64,000 nt of DNA from Eledone cirrhosa (taxonomy: Eukaryota): contig OZ024760.1 of assembly GCA_964016885.1 (NCBI GenBank), positions 6,014,001-6,078,000 on the forward strand. Direction: 5' to 3'. Position 1 is the stretch's first letter. Each line of letters starts with the position of its first letter. Shown piece after piece: positions 28,963-42,857 of this stretch. The notes under the pieces are model-generated. The model had not been told where the DNA came from. It did no database searches and worked only from the letters and a program-made list of their open reading frames with translations. The translations under genes and the position numbers were made by a program.

Positions 28963-30255
28963 GTACCATATATTTTAAATTGAGGTTGTGTAGCTCCAGT
29001 AGATAAGTCACACCTCCATTTTACAACATTTACAGTGTACCATATATTTAAACTGAAGTTTTGTCGGTCCAGTAGATAAGTCACACCTCCATTTTACAAC
29101 ATTTACAGTGTACCATATATTTAAACTGAAGTTTTGTCGGTCCAGTAGATAAGTCACACCTCCATTTTACAACATTTACAGTGTACCATATATTTAAACT
29201 GAAGTTTTGTCGGTCCAGTAGATAAGTCACACCTCCATTTTACAACATTTACAGTGTACCATATATTTTAAACTGAAGTTTTGTCGGTCCAGTAGATAAG
29301 TCACACCTCCATTTTACAACATTTACAGTGTACCATATATTTAAACTGAAGTTTTGTCGGTCCAGTAGATAAGTCACACCTCCATTTTACAACATTTACA
29401 GTGTACCATATATTTTAAACTGAAGTTTTGTCGGTCCAGTAGATAAGTCACACCTCCATTTTACAACATTTACAGTGTACCATATATTTAAACTGAAGTT
29501 TTGTCGGTCCAGTAGATAAGTCACACCTCCATTTTACAACATTTACAGTGTACCATATATTTTAAACTGAAGTTTTGTCGGTCCAGTAGATAAGTCACAC
29601 CTCCATTTTACAACATTTACAGTGTACCATATATTTTCAACTGAAGTTTTGTCGGTCCAGTAGATAAGTCACACCTCCATTTTACAACATTTACAATGTA
29701 CCATATATTTTAAACTGAAGTTTTGTCGGTCCAGTAGATAAGTCACACCTCCATTTTACAACATTTACAATGTACCATATATTTTAAACTGAAGTTTTGT
29801 CGGTCCAGTAGATAAGTCACACCTCCATTTTACAACATTTACAGTGTACCATATATTTTAAACTGAAGTTTTGTCGGTCCAGTAGATAAGTCACACCTCC
29901 ATTTTACAACATTTACAGTGTACCATATATTTTAAACTGAAGTTTTGTCGGTCCAGTAGATAAGTCACACCTCCATTTTACAACATTTACAGTGTACCAT
30001 ATATTTTAAACTGAAGTTTTGTCGGTCCAGTAGATAAGTCACACCTCCATTTTACAACATTTACAGTGTACCATATATTTTAAACTGAAGTTTTGTCGGT
30101 CCAGTAGATAAGTCACACCTCCATTTTACAATGTACCATATATTTTAAACTGAAGTTTTGTCGGTCCAGTAGATAAGTCACACCTCCATTTTACAACATT
30201 TACAATGTACCATATATTTTATATTGAGGTTGTGTAGGTCTAGTAGATAAGTTAC
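28963..30255. repeat. 73/74-bp minisatellite, ~17 near-identical copies
   Basis: Unit GTACCATATATTT(T)AAACTGAAGTTTTGTCGGTCCAGTAGATAAGTCACACCTCCATTTTACAACATTTACAGT. Confidence 0.95.
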
Positions 30256-30298
30256 ATGGCAATTTTTCATATCATATTTTCAAAGAAATGGTGAAACC

Positions 30299-30844
30299 TA
30301 TATCAAGTGTTAACCTAATATATCCCTTCCATATACTGTACCGATTGTGTTGTTATTTCTGTTTACCTTTTACTTATATATATCTATCAACGCTTACGTG
30401 GACTTCTCAAAATTCGTTGGATTTTCTGATTGGATTTTCACCTCGTAACTGGATACCAACCCGAAGTACACCTGAACTTCCACCAGGAAATCTTTCGTAT
30501 CTTTGAAATTTTCTTTGCTTCTTGCATTTAAATATTCCACGATTCTCTATCACTTTTCCTCTACTCCAATCTTCTTGCACCACCTTCTCACCCATCTATT
30601 TTTCACTCCCACCCTACTACCTTCAATACGCCCAATCTCAAATCTTTTCTATTTTTATCTAAAGACATTTTTTCCAATTCCAACCCACCCTTCCCCTCAA
30701 TCTATCGTATTTCTCTTTCTTTCTTCTGACGAAGGACTAGCGTCCGAAACGTTAAGACCCTCTTTCTGCTATATCAAGCGTTAAGCTAATATATTCCTTC
30801 CATATACTGTACCGATTGTGTTGTTATTTCTGTTTACCTTTTAC
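30299..30844 (+). mobile_element. Penelope-like pseudo-LTR / retrozyme-like monomer with ~75-bp terminal direct repeat
   Basis: Direct repeats ~30299-30373 and ~30770-30844 (period 471) with a complete minimal HHR just before the second repeat. Confidence 0.7.
30722..30757 (+). ncRNA. Minimal type I hammerhead ribozyme
   Basis: UCUU-CUGACGA-A-GGAC(UAGC)GUCC-GAAA-CG-UU^-AAGA: stem I 4 bp, stem II 4 bp, palindromic ACGU stem III (dimer type). Confidence 0.75.
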
Positions 30845-31074
30845 ATATCATGCAAGCGTGGAACATGGACGTTAAACGACGATGATGATGATGATGATGA
30901 TATATATGTATATGTATATATACACCATGTATGTATATGCTTTGTGTGTGTGTGATAAAAACAAAATGAATTTGATCGACAGATTGCTAGAAAACAATAT
31001 ATCTGTAATTATGTAAAATATGTTATCACTGTTGCTGTATCCCCTTGTGGAGAATATATATATAGTATTACTGA

Positions 31075-34000
31075 TGGGTGGTGGTGGGGCATTGTGCTAA
31101 TGTGATGGTGGTGGTGGTGCTGTTGTGATTGTTGTGGGGTGATGGTGGTGGTGATGTGATTGTTGTGGGGTGATGGTGGTGGTGGTGGTGGTGCTGATGT
31201 GATTGTTGTGGGGTGTTGTAGATAGAGGTGGTGGTGTGGTGGTGCTGATGTGATTGTTGTGGGGTGATGGTGGTGGTGATGTGATTGTTGTGGGGTGATG
31301 GTGGTGGTGGTGGTGGTGCTGATGTGATTGTTGTGGGGGTGATGGTGGTGGTGATGTGATTGTTGTGGGGTGATGGTGGTGGTGATGTGATTGTTGTGGG
31401 GTGATGGTGGTGGTGGTGCTGTTGTGATTGTTGAGGGGCGATGGTGGTGGTGATGTGATTGTTGTGGGGTGGTGGTGGTGGTGGTGATGGTGTGGTGGTG
31501 CTGATGTGATTGTTGTGGGGTGTTGTGGTGGTGGTGAGGTGATGGTGGTGCTGATATGATTGTTGTGGGGTGTTGTGGTGGTGGTGGTGTGGGGATGGTG
31601 ATGATGGTGGTGATGTGGCGGCGGGGGTGGTGGGGGTGTTGTGGTGTGCTGGTGTGTGAGATGTGTGTATGATTGTTTGTGTGTGTGGTGTATGTATGGA
31701 GTGTGTTGTGTATGTAAGGCGTATGTGATGTGTGTGTGGTGTGTGGTGTGTGCATATGTGTGATGTGTGCATATGTGTGTATGGTGTGTGTATATGTGTA
31801 TGTGTGATGTGTGTATATATGTGTGATGTGTGTATTGTGTGTCTGATGTGTGCATATGTGTGTATGGTGTGTGTATTGTGTGTGTGATGTGTGCATATGT
31901 ATATGGTGTGTATTGTGTGTGTGATGTGTGCATATGTGTATGGTGTGTATTGTGTGTGTGATGTGTGTGTGTGTGTGTGCATATATGTGTGATGTGTGTA
32001 TTGTGTGTGTGATGTGTCATATGTGTGTATGGTGTGTGTATATGTGTGTGATGTGTGTATATGGTGTGTGTGTATATGTGTGTATGGTGTGTGATGTGTG
32101 TATATGTGTGTGTATATGTGTGTATGGTGTGTGTGTATATGTGTGTGATGTGTGTATATGTGTGTATGGTGTGTGTGTGTGATGTGTGTATATGTGTGTA
32201 TGGTGTGTGTGTGATGTGTGTATGGTGTGTGTGTATATGTGTGTGATGTGTGTATATGTGTATATGTGTGTGATGTGTGTGTATATGTGTGTATGGTGTG
32301 TGTATGGTGTGTGTGTGTATATGTGTGTATGGTGTGTGTATATGTGTATGGTGTGTGTATATGTGTGTATGGTGTGTGTATATGTGTATATGTGTGTATG
32401 CTGTGTGTATATGTGTGTGTATGGTGTGTGTGTATATGTGTGTATGGTGTGTGTGTGTATGTGTGTATGGTGTGTGTATATGTGTGTATGGTGTGTGTGT
32501 GTATATGTGTATGGTGTGTGTATATGTGTGTATGGTGTGTGTATATGTGTGTATGGTGTGTGTATATGTGTGTATGGTGTGTGTATTGTGTGTGATGTGT
32601 GTATATGTGTGTATGGTGTGTGTATATGTGTGTATGTGTGTGATGTGTGTATATGTGTATATGTGTGTGTGTGATGTGTGTATATGTGTGTATGGTGTGT
32701 GTATGGTGTGTGTGATGTGTGTATATGTGTGTATGGTGTGTATATGTGTGTATGGTGTGTGTATATGTGTGTATATGTGTGTATATGTGTGTATGGTGTG
32801 TGTATATGTGTGTATGGTGTGTGTGTATATGTGTGTATGGTGTGTTTGTGTATATGTGTGTGTATATGTGTGTATGTATGTGTATGGTGTGTATATATGT
32901 GTATATGTGTGTGTGATGCAACCTACTCAGAAGTATACCATTCTTTTCTTTACAAGTGTTTCTTTGATTGACAATTCCCAATGTAACAACACACCTCCAC
33001 CACCACCACCACTGTCACATCACCACCACCACCACCACCACCACCACCACCACCACCACCACCACCACCACCACCACCACCACTGTCACATCATCACCAC
33101 CACCACCACCACTGTCACATCACCACCACCACTGTCACATCATCACCACCACCACCACTGTCACATCACCACCACCACCACCACCACTGTCACATCACCA
33201 CCACCACCACCACTGTCACATCATCATCACCACCACCACCACTGTCACATCATTACCACCACCACTACCACCACCACCACCACTGTCACATCACCACCAC
33301 CACCACCACCACCACTGTCACATCACCACCACCACCACTGTCACATCACCACCACCACCACTACCACCACCACCACTACCACCACCACCACTGTCACATC
33401 ATCACCACCACCACCACCACCGTCACATCGCCACCACCACCACCACTGTCACATCATCACCACCACCACCACCGTCACATCGCCACCACCACCACCACCA
33501 CCACCACCACCACCACCACTGTCACATCATCACCACCACCACCACCACCACCCCTGTCACATCACCACCACCACCACCACCACTGTCACATCACCACCAC
33601 CACCACCACCACCACTGTCACATCACCACCACCACCACCACCACTGTCACATCAACACCACCACCACCACCACTGTCACTGTCACATCATCACCACCACC
33701 ACCACTGTCACATCATCATCATCACCACCATCACCACCACCACTATCACATCATCACCACCACCACCACCACCACCACTGTCACATCACCACCACCACTA
33801 CTACCACCACCACCACTGTCACACCACCACCACCACCACCACCACCACCACTGTCACATCACCACCACCACCACCACCACCATCATCAGAACTACACCAT
33901 GACACCACTACCACCACCACCGTCACCACCACCACCACCACCATCATCATCAGAACTACACCATGACACCACCACCTCCATTACACCAGCATTACACCAT

Positions 34001-35038
34001 CACCACCATCATCTTCATCAGTACTACACTGTAACACCATCACATCACATCACCACCACCACCATTACACCACAACTACCACCACTGTCACTATTACAAA
34101 TCACCATCATCACACCATCACACCATACCACCACTACTACCATCACACCATACCACCACCACTACCATCACACCATACCACCACCACCACCACCATCACA
34201 CCATACCACCACCACCACCATCACACCATACCACCACCACTACCACCACACCATACCACCACCACTACCATCACACCATACCACCATTACACCATACCAC
34301 CACCACCACCATCACACCATACCACCACCACCACCATCACACCATACCACCACCACTACCACCACACCATACCACCACCACTACCATCACACCATACCAC
34401 CATTACACCATACCACCACCACCACCATCACACCATACCACCACCACTACCATCACACCATACCACCACCACTACCATACCACCACCACTACCATCACAC
34501 ACTACCACCACCACCACCCCACCATAACACCATCATACTATAACACCACCACCACATCATAACACCACCACCACACCATAACACTACCACCAGCACCAGC
34601 CCCAAATAACACCACCACTACCACTATCACACCACCACCACCACCACCATAACACTACCACCAGCACCAGCCCCAAATAACACCACCACTACCACTATCA
34701 CACCACCACCACCACCACCACCACCATAACACCACCACCATAACACCACCACCACCACCACCACCACCATAACACCACCACCATAACACCACCACCACCA
34801 CACCACCACCACCACCACCATAACACCACCACCATAACACCACCACCACCACTACCACCACCACCACCACACCACCACCACCACCACCACCACCACACCA
34901 TAACACCACCACCACCACCACAGCTAACTTATTGATTTTTAAGGTAATCAATCTCCCATTCATTCAATGCATTTTGGGTTTTCAGCCTTTAGATGTGTAT
35001 TGTGTGTGTGGTGTGTGTGTGTGTGGTGTGTGTGGTGT

Positions 35039-35079
<41 letters not shown>

Positions 35080-35710
35080 TGTGGTGTGGTGTGTGTGTGT
35101 GGTGTGTGGGTGTGTAGTGTGGTGTGTGGGTGTGTAGTGTGGTGTGTGTGGTGTGTGATGTGTGTGGTGTGTGTGTAGTGTGATGTGTGGTGTGTGTGTA
35201 GTGTGATGTGTGTGGTGTGTGTATGTGTGTGGTGTGTGTGTCTATATATGTGTGTATGTGTAGTGTGTGTTTGGCGTATGTGTGGTGTGTGTATGTAGTG
35301 TGTGGAGTGTGTGGTTGGTGTATGTGTATATGGTGTGTGGGTGTCTGTGTCTATATATGTGTGTATATGTAGTGTGTGGTATGTATAGTGTGTAGTTGGA
35401 ATATGTTGTATGCGTGTGGTATGTATATATATATATGTGTGTAGTTGGTGTAGTGTGTGTATGTAGGGTATGTGAAGTGTGGTGTAGTGTGTGTGTATGT
35501 ATGTGTGTGTATGTGTATATGGTGTGTATTTGTATGGTATGTATGTAGTGTGAGTGTATAGTGTGTATGTATGTGTGTGTATGTGTATATGGTGTGTATT
35601 TGTATGGTATGTGTGTAGTGTGAGTGTATAGTGTGTATGTATATGTGTGTGTATGTGTATATGGTGTGTATTTGTATGGTATGTATGTAGTGTGTGTATG
35701 TAGTGTGTCC
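31075..35710. repeat. Compound low-complexity block: (GGT)-rich, (GT/GTAT), (CCA)-rich, then (GT)
   Basis: Direct reading. Confidence 0.95.
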
Positions 35711-35829
35711 GTTGTAATAAAGCTTTTCTACTTCTTTCTTGTAGTAAATTGAGGGGATTTTCAAGCAGGGGTTTTGTATTATTCAGCTTTGGGGAAATTT
35801 ATATAAGAAGAAGAAGAAGAAGAACAATA

Positions 35830-37080
35830 ATAATAATGATTTTTTTATTAACCAGAAGAGTTTACATAAAGGAAAACATTAAGGACGGTACAAAATATGG
35901 GTTTCTGTGTGTATAAAAGGAAACATAACAATAACAAAAGATGTAACAAAAAAAAAAAAAGAAACAAAAAGCAAATTCCCCAATAAGGGGAGACCACTGA
36001 GGGTTACTTGTGGAGAAAGCCAACAAAAGCCACAATCACCCTGACCACCAGGGCAAGTGCCCTTTCCTAGTTATCCTCCTTCAATACTACAGGCACGTGC
36101 ACCAGTGCAGGCCCATTCACACGGGCCATTCTTGCCTCTCTCACCCACCTTTCAACAAACTAGCTGGAGGGCAGCATTTCCCTCTCCACCCCGACCTTCC
36201 TTTTCTGGTGAAACCTGAAAAAGTTAATGAGAGCGTTGCTGAAGATGAAAGTGTCCGTCTTCAACCCTTTCAGACGCATCCATCATACAACTTCTTTTGC
36301 CATGGCCACCAGTCAGATAAATACAGGTGACCTTCCTGGCTAAAAGAGGGCGGCAGGGCAATCTTCATAATGGATTTAGCTGATAGCTGGATCCATTCTA
36401 TGGAAATTATCCATTGGCCCGGGATCAAAAGTTCTCTGGAAAAGACTGGTTAGTTGATTTTTGTCAACACCCAGAATTTCCTCCAGAATGTCGTTGGTTT
36501 TGCTCATTACTAGCCTTCTAGAGAATGCCAAGGTGGAGTTTCCACCGATCGCAATGCCTGATTGGTATAGGGTTGTGAACGCTTGAAGACATTCCAATTT
36601 CCAAGCACTCCCTCTTGCTCTCTTTCTTGACCCAGGTTTGCAGCTCCGTCAAAGAGACGAACTGGGGAAAACGTACCTGGCAAAAAGCGACTGCACCTGT
36701 TCACTGTTATAGAAAATACACATGCCTGCGCATCATCAGCCATGGCATGCCTAGTCATCACGTAGCGGCGGGTGTTGACAGCAGATGGACTGCCTGACCA
36801 TCAGAGTGTGTCCCTTCCACAAAAAGCTAAAGAGCAAGCACTCTAGTGCAGTTAGACGAGGTTTGAGACATGATGATCAAGTGGTAGTAGAAGATGGACA
36901 TGATGTAGGCGCTTGCCACCTCCGTGCAACATTTCAGGGATAGCTTCCTCTCGGCCCATTTCTGGGTGAGAGTGGCCACCCTGCTCATCACCTCATCCCA
37001 GTTTTTGTCCCTCTGGAGGTCCGGACCAAACCAGACTCCGAACAATTTAATCAGTCCGTGTGTCCAGTGCGCAATACTGC
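35830..37080 (-). mobile_element. Degenerate Tx1/L1-clade LINE 3' remnant
   Basis: FGVWFGPDLQRDKNWDEV..RV....QKWAERKLSLK is the RT-thumb signature of the L1/Tx1 group; fragmented downstream; ends near AATAAAAA plus (ATT)n/(TTC)n. Confidence 0.7.
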
Positions 37081-37637
37081 TGTGGGGGTGAAGATGGTTG
37101 TTTGTGACATGACCCCCTGGAAGGAGTATTTCAGGACTCTGCCCCCACGACCCTCCCTGGAATAGGTGGACATTGAAGAATATGTGATATAATAACAGCC
37201 ATGAGCTTGGCTGATCTCACTTGGGGGTTCCAGCCAGATTATGTGGAGAGGGTTGTTTCTGATAGGGCCCTCTGGAAGGAGTGTTTGAAAACTGCTCCCA
37301 ACAACCCTCCTAGGAAAGGAATAACTGGGTGAAGAAGAAGCAGAAGGAGAATATTATATTGCAATCCATACATGTAAAGTATATACAATGTTTAAACACA
37401 CTCTTATCTACATCTGGCAGCAGAACTGAGGCAATTTAGATTTAAAAATAATGAATTCTTTTGCAGTAAAATAAATTGTTTCAATAACAAATTTTTAGTT
37501 TTTCCTTATTATATTACCATTTTAGTGTCTTTGCTGATTGTTTGCTCAGATAAGGTGGATATATGTACTACATAAACAAATATACCCTTCGCCACATCTG
37601 CTACTAGGCTTTCGTTTAAAAAGCCAAATCCTTCATA

Positions 37638-37760
<123 letters not shown>

Positions 37761-37879
37761 ATACTTTTACTGGGTTCAGTCATTAGATTACAAGCATGCT
37801 TGGGCACCGCCTTGAACATTTCTTTTGGTTTGTCAATCATTTTGACCCCAGTACTTATATCAAATCCTTCGTAGCAGAT

Positions 37880-37931
<52 letters not shown>

Positions 37932-38403
37932 GCCAAATTTCACTCACGTGGCATTGGTCAACCATAGTAGACAAGATGTACTCAAATGTGTTACACAGTT
38001 GGTGTAAATGTGAAACCGTGTGGTTGCAAAGCAAGCCCCTTAATCACACAGTCACTCTCAAATTATATTACCATTTCAGTTTCTAGATTGCTAAGATAAA
38101 ATGGGATATATCTACCACATTAGCAAATACACCCATGGCTACATCTGCAAGAGGTCGATAGAAAGTCAGATAGAATGCTTTGTACTATTCCTTACAGTTC
38201 TCAGCAATCTGAGTTCAAATGCCACCAATGTCAACTTTGCTGTTCATCTTTTGAAAACAATAAGTACCAGTTCATTACTGGGGTTGATTCTTGTCCCATA
38301 TCTCCGTCTCTTCTCCACTTTTTCTCTATCACTCTCACTCCTTCTCTGGAAAAAAAAATTGGTTATGTTCAGAGATCTGGAGAGTGGTTAGGGTCTGCTA
38401 GGC

Positions 38404-38634
38404 TTAACCCTTTAGCATTTAAACCCTCCATATCCGGCCAGAATTCTCTCACCTCTTTCTGTTCAAACCGGCTGTAACTGGCCACTCATACTGATGTTAA
38501 GTTATTGTTCGAAAAAAAAAATAAACATCAAAATCTCTTAGATTTGATATTATGTGAAATAATTATGTGAGATAAAGCCTTTACCACGAAAATACAATAG
38601 TATATACAGAGTAATGTAAATTCTAAAGGGTTAA
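38404..38634. mobile_element. piggyBac-like MITE (~225 bp)
   Basis: TTAA|CCCTTTAG ... CTAAAGGG|TTAA. Confidence 0.8.
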
Positions 38635-38820
38635 AGTGCTCAACACATGCTGTATGTCACTATCTGACCCCTACAACTCTATCAGGAGTTACAAGTCCAT
38701 ACATACATACACATCTGCTATATAAGTTAGTTTTCCATTCAAAAAGTACTGTGTTTCTGTATGTATTAACTCTTAACACCATGTAATGCTTTATCAAAAA
38801 CTTCTAAATATAGTTTTCTT

Positions 38821-39000
38821 GGCAGTATCGGTAGAGAGTCGGACACCATGCTTTGAAGCATAGAGTTACGTCCCTTTATGATCTGATTTCAAATTCCGCC
38901 GAGGTTAACTTTGCCTTTCATCCTTACGGGGTCGATAAAATAAAGTACCAGTACTGTACTGGGTAATTGCTGGCCTTGTGCCTAAAATAGAAACAATTAT
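38821..39000 (+). mobile_element. Second SINE family with a Meta-domain-like core; many copies (about 1-65, 9690-10070, 13715-13900, 25512-25950, 28580-28730, 38170-38290, 58378-58760, 60440-60630)
   Basis: Degenerate tRNA head, core TTTGCCTTTCATCCTTACGGGGTCGATAAAATAAAGTACCAG, 3' GCTGGCCTTGTGCC..AAGTAGAAAC(ATT)n. Assignment to the Meta superfamily is from recalled similarity. Confidence 0.75.
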
Positions 39001-39268
39001 ATCTTAAATCTTGACATTCTGTAATGGTTTTGCAGAAAATATCTAAATACAGGTTTGTTAATTCAAATGTTTATAGTATCTTTACTAGCAGACAGATTGT
39101 TGTGAGTATTTACAGTATCAACTTTTATATAATCTCCCCCCTCCCCCCTCTCTCAATATATATATATATAAATATAGTTAATAAATGAAACAAACAAAGC
39201 ACAGGAGGCAAGTTATATTTGGTTCATGTTTGGTGGAAGAGGAGGAGATTTATATATGTATATATATA

Positions 39269-39985
39269 TCATCATCATCATCATCATCATTTAACGTCCG
39301 TATTCCACGCTTGCATGGGTTTGGACGGGAGTTTTCCCACTTGAGGCAAGAGTGGTTGTCTTGCTCGCATAGGACTGTCTGGCGGGTTTTCTACGGCTGG
39401 ATGCCCTTCCTAACACCAACCACATTTACAGTGTGGGGCTGGGAGGTTTTTACCGTGTTGCCTACACGGCCACATTACAGCGTGGACTGTGTGTTTTTTT
39501 GTCGTGACACCTACACGACCTCATTTGTTTCGGCCTGGATGTTGTGGTACCAACGTAACTTTACATTGAAAGGCGGGTCTTCTCTATTACTGAGTACCGC
39601 CAAAGATCTCGGTCCAGTGACATTGTCATGGAGAGGTGTAAGTGTGTGAGGTCGGAATTTATCAAGTCGTCCCAGGTTTTTCTGGGTCTGCCTACTCCGT
39701 GGCTACCGTCTATTTTTATTGCCCTGCACTTTTTTATACAGCTGTTGTCTTTCATGCACATCACGTGACCGTACCAACGTAGCCTTCTCTCGAGTAAACA
39801 ACATCTGATCCCTCTTATTTCTAACTTTTCCTTTAGTTCGTTAATGCTTTGCCGTTCACGTATATTACTATTACACATCCAGCGGAGCATGCAAGCTTCG
39901 TTCCTCTCTAGTCTGCGTATATGCTCTGCACACAATGCCCAGGTCTCACTGCTATGTAACATTGCTGTTCGTATGCAGACATCAT
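39269..39985 (-). mobile_element. RTE-b 3' fragment
   Basis: Near-identical to 43350-43770 plus the 3' UTR and (GAT)n tail; flanked by (TA)n. Confidence 0.9.
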
Positions 39986-40919
39986 ACATCATATATATAT
40001 ATATATATATACAGAGGGTTATAGACCTGATGTTTTGCATAGCTATGGCTTTCTAAATGTTCATCTATAAACATATCGTATTTCTTTAGAAATATGAAAT
40101 TTCAATACATATCTTATACAGCTATGTATGAAGCTAAATCCTAATTCTATTCTATTATAAGTTGAGCCAACTAATGCAGCTTCATATCCAAATGAGATTA
40201 ACCATCTCATTTACACAGATGAGAAAACTATATATTCTCACCTGCTTTCAAGTCCAGCTATGCCTTTCTAAATGTTTATCTATAAACATACCGTATTTCT
40301 TTAGAAATACAAAATTTCAATACATATCTGTATATCTATATATATTATCTATATATATTATATATTATCTATATATATTATATATTATCTATATATATTA
40401 TATATTATCTATATATATTATATATTATTTATATATATTATATATTATCTATATATATTATCTCTTAACATTCTGTAATGATTTAGCAGAAAATATTTAA
40501 ATACGGGTTTATTAATTCAAATGTAAACCAAGGTAAAGACTTTAGATTTTAATATGATGCATTTTTGTATGTTTCAAGAATGTCTTGTTAAAGCAGTTTC
40601 ATGTGGTACAGTACATTAAGAGTGAAATATTTCTAATATATTATTACAATAAAATATATGTGTTTGCTTCCTTGTTATCAGAACAAATTATTGTAGCTTT
40701 GTTGTCGTCGATATTCTTCGGAATATCAAGCAAGATGGTGATGTGTTAGTGCTTACCAATTGTTTAGATAAGAACACACAAATAACACAAACAGAATCAC
40801 ACAAAACAACTGAATTTATTCACAGCTTTTGCAAGTAACATGTTATTTAAATCATGTTATATTGCCTTTCAATTGCAAATGAACAGAAAAAATACAGAAA
40901 AGAAATGTATAAATGTATG

Positions 40920-42090
<1,171 letters not shown>

Positions 42091-42423
42091 AGTTAGAGAG
42101 AGAGAGTTAGTTCATTGTTTTATGCTCGTTTCAGAGGGTCAATTGATCTATGGAGATTGATGTATTGACCAGCATGGTAGTGGTTAAGTTACTACATATT
42201 TCTAGCCTGGAAAACCCTGTTTAATCGGCCGTCCTCCTCAGATAACTCTGTGACACGGACGGATTTTCTTCGAGGATATCGTAGGCGGGGATCACCTATC
42301 ACAAGAACTATTGGTCACACCGCTGAATCTTGCTACAACCATCCTTCCAAAGACACATTGAGTTCTAACAACGTTATCAATCCCACCACAACCAGGTGGA
42401 CTTTGATATATATATATATATAT

Positions 42424-42614
42424 ATAGGAACCAGTAAGACCCCGACGGCTGAGCTCAAGCCGTTTCGACGGCTAATTCTGGACAATTAGCCGTCGAAACG
42501 GCTTGAGCTCAGCCGTCGGGTCTTACTGGTTCCTATTATCCACTCTACTACCCTAAGTATTGAGTACTTTGGTGCGTTATGGTCCACCTGGTTGCTTACC
42601 ACATTTCCTTCGTT
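42424..42614. mobile_element. Family A copy 3 (opposite orientation)
   Basis: Same palindrome and ~80-bp unique extension; (TA)n on both sides. Confidence 0.8.
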
Positions 42615-42634
42615 ATATATATATATATATATAT

Positions 42635-42820
42635 AGTTTTAATATAGATGAGATTCTACAGGACTAGAACTGTTTCATTCTTTAGAAATCATCAATGATT
42701 TCTAAAGAATGAAACAGTTCTAGGTCCTGTAGAATCTCATCTATATTAAAACTTTTATACTCTGCTTTGTATTGAGTACCTTACTTACTGTGGTTACCTC
42801 CGATTCAACCCGGAATAACA
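42635..42820. mobile_element. Fold-back hammerhead-like element family B (also 44286-44399; unfolded or rearranged copies at 14717-14850 and 12751-12866)
   Basis: ~58-bp arms around a 2-nt CA loop; one strand reads UUGAUGA-U-UUC(UAAA)GAA-U-GAAA-CAG(UUCUAGUC)CUG-UA. Confidence 0.75.
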
Positions 42821-42822
42821 TA

Positions 42823-42824
<2 letters not shown>

Positions 42825-42857
<33 letters not shown>

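Noticed and set aside
23165-30255. Regularly spaced repeats as a possible CRISPR array (also 3383-4200, 53430-54905)
   Set aside because: Units repeat in full with no unique spacers, there are no cas genes, and the context is eukaryotic.
31009-34963. His/Pro/Thr-rich ORFs resembling extensins or histidine-rich proteins
   Set aside because: (CCA)n/(CA)n low complexity, open in several frames on both strands, no splice support.
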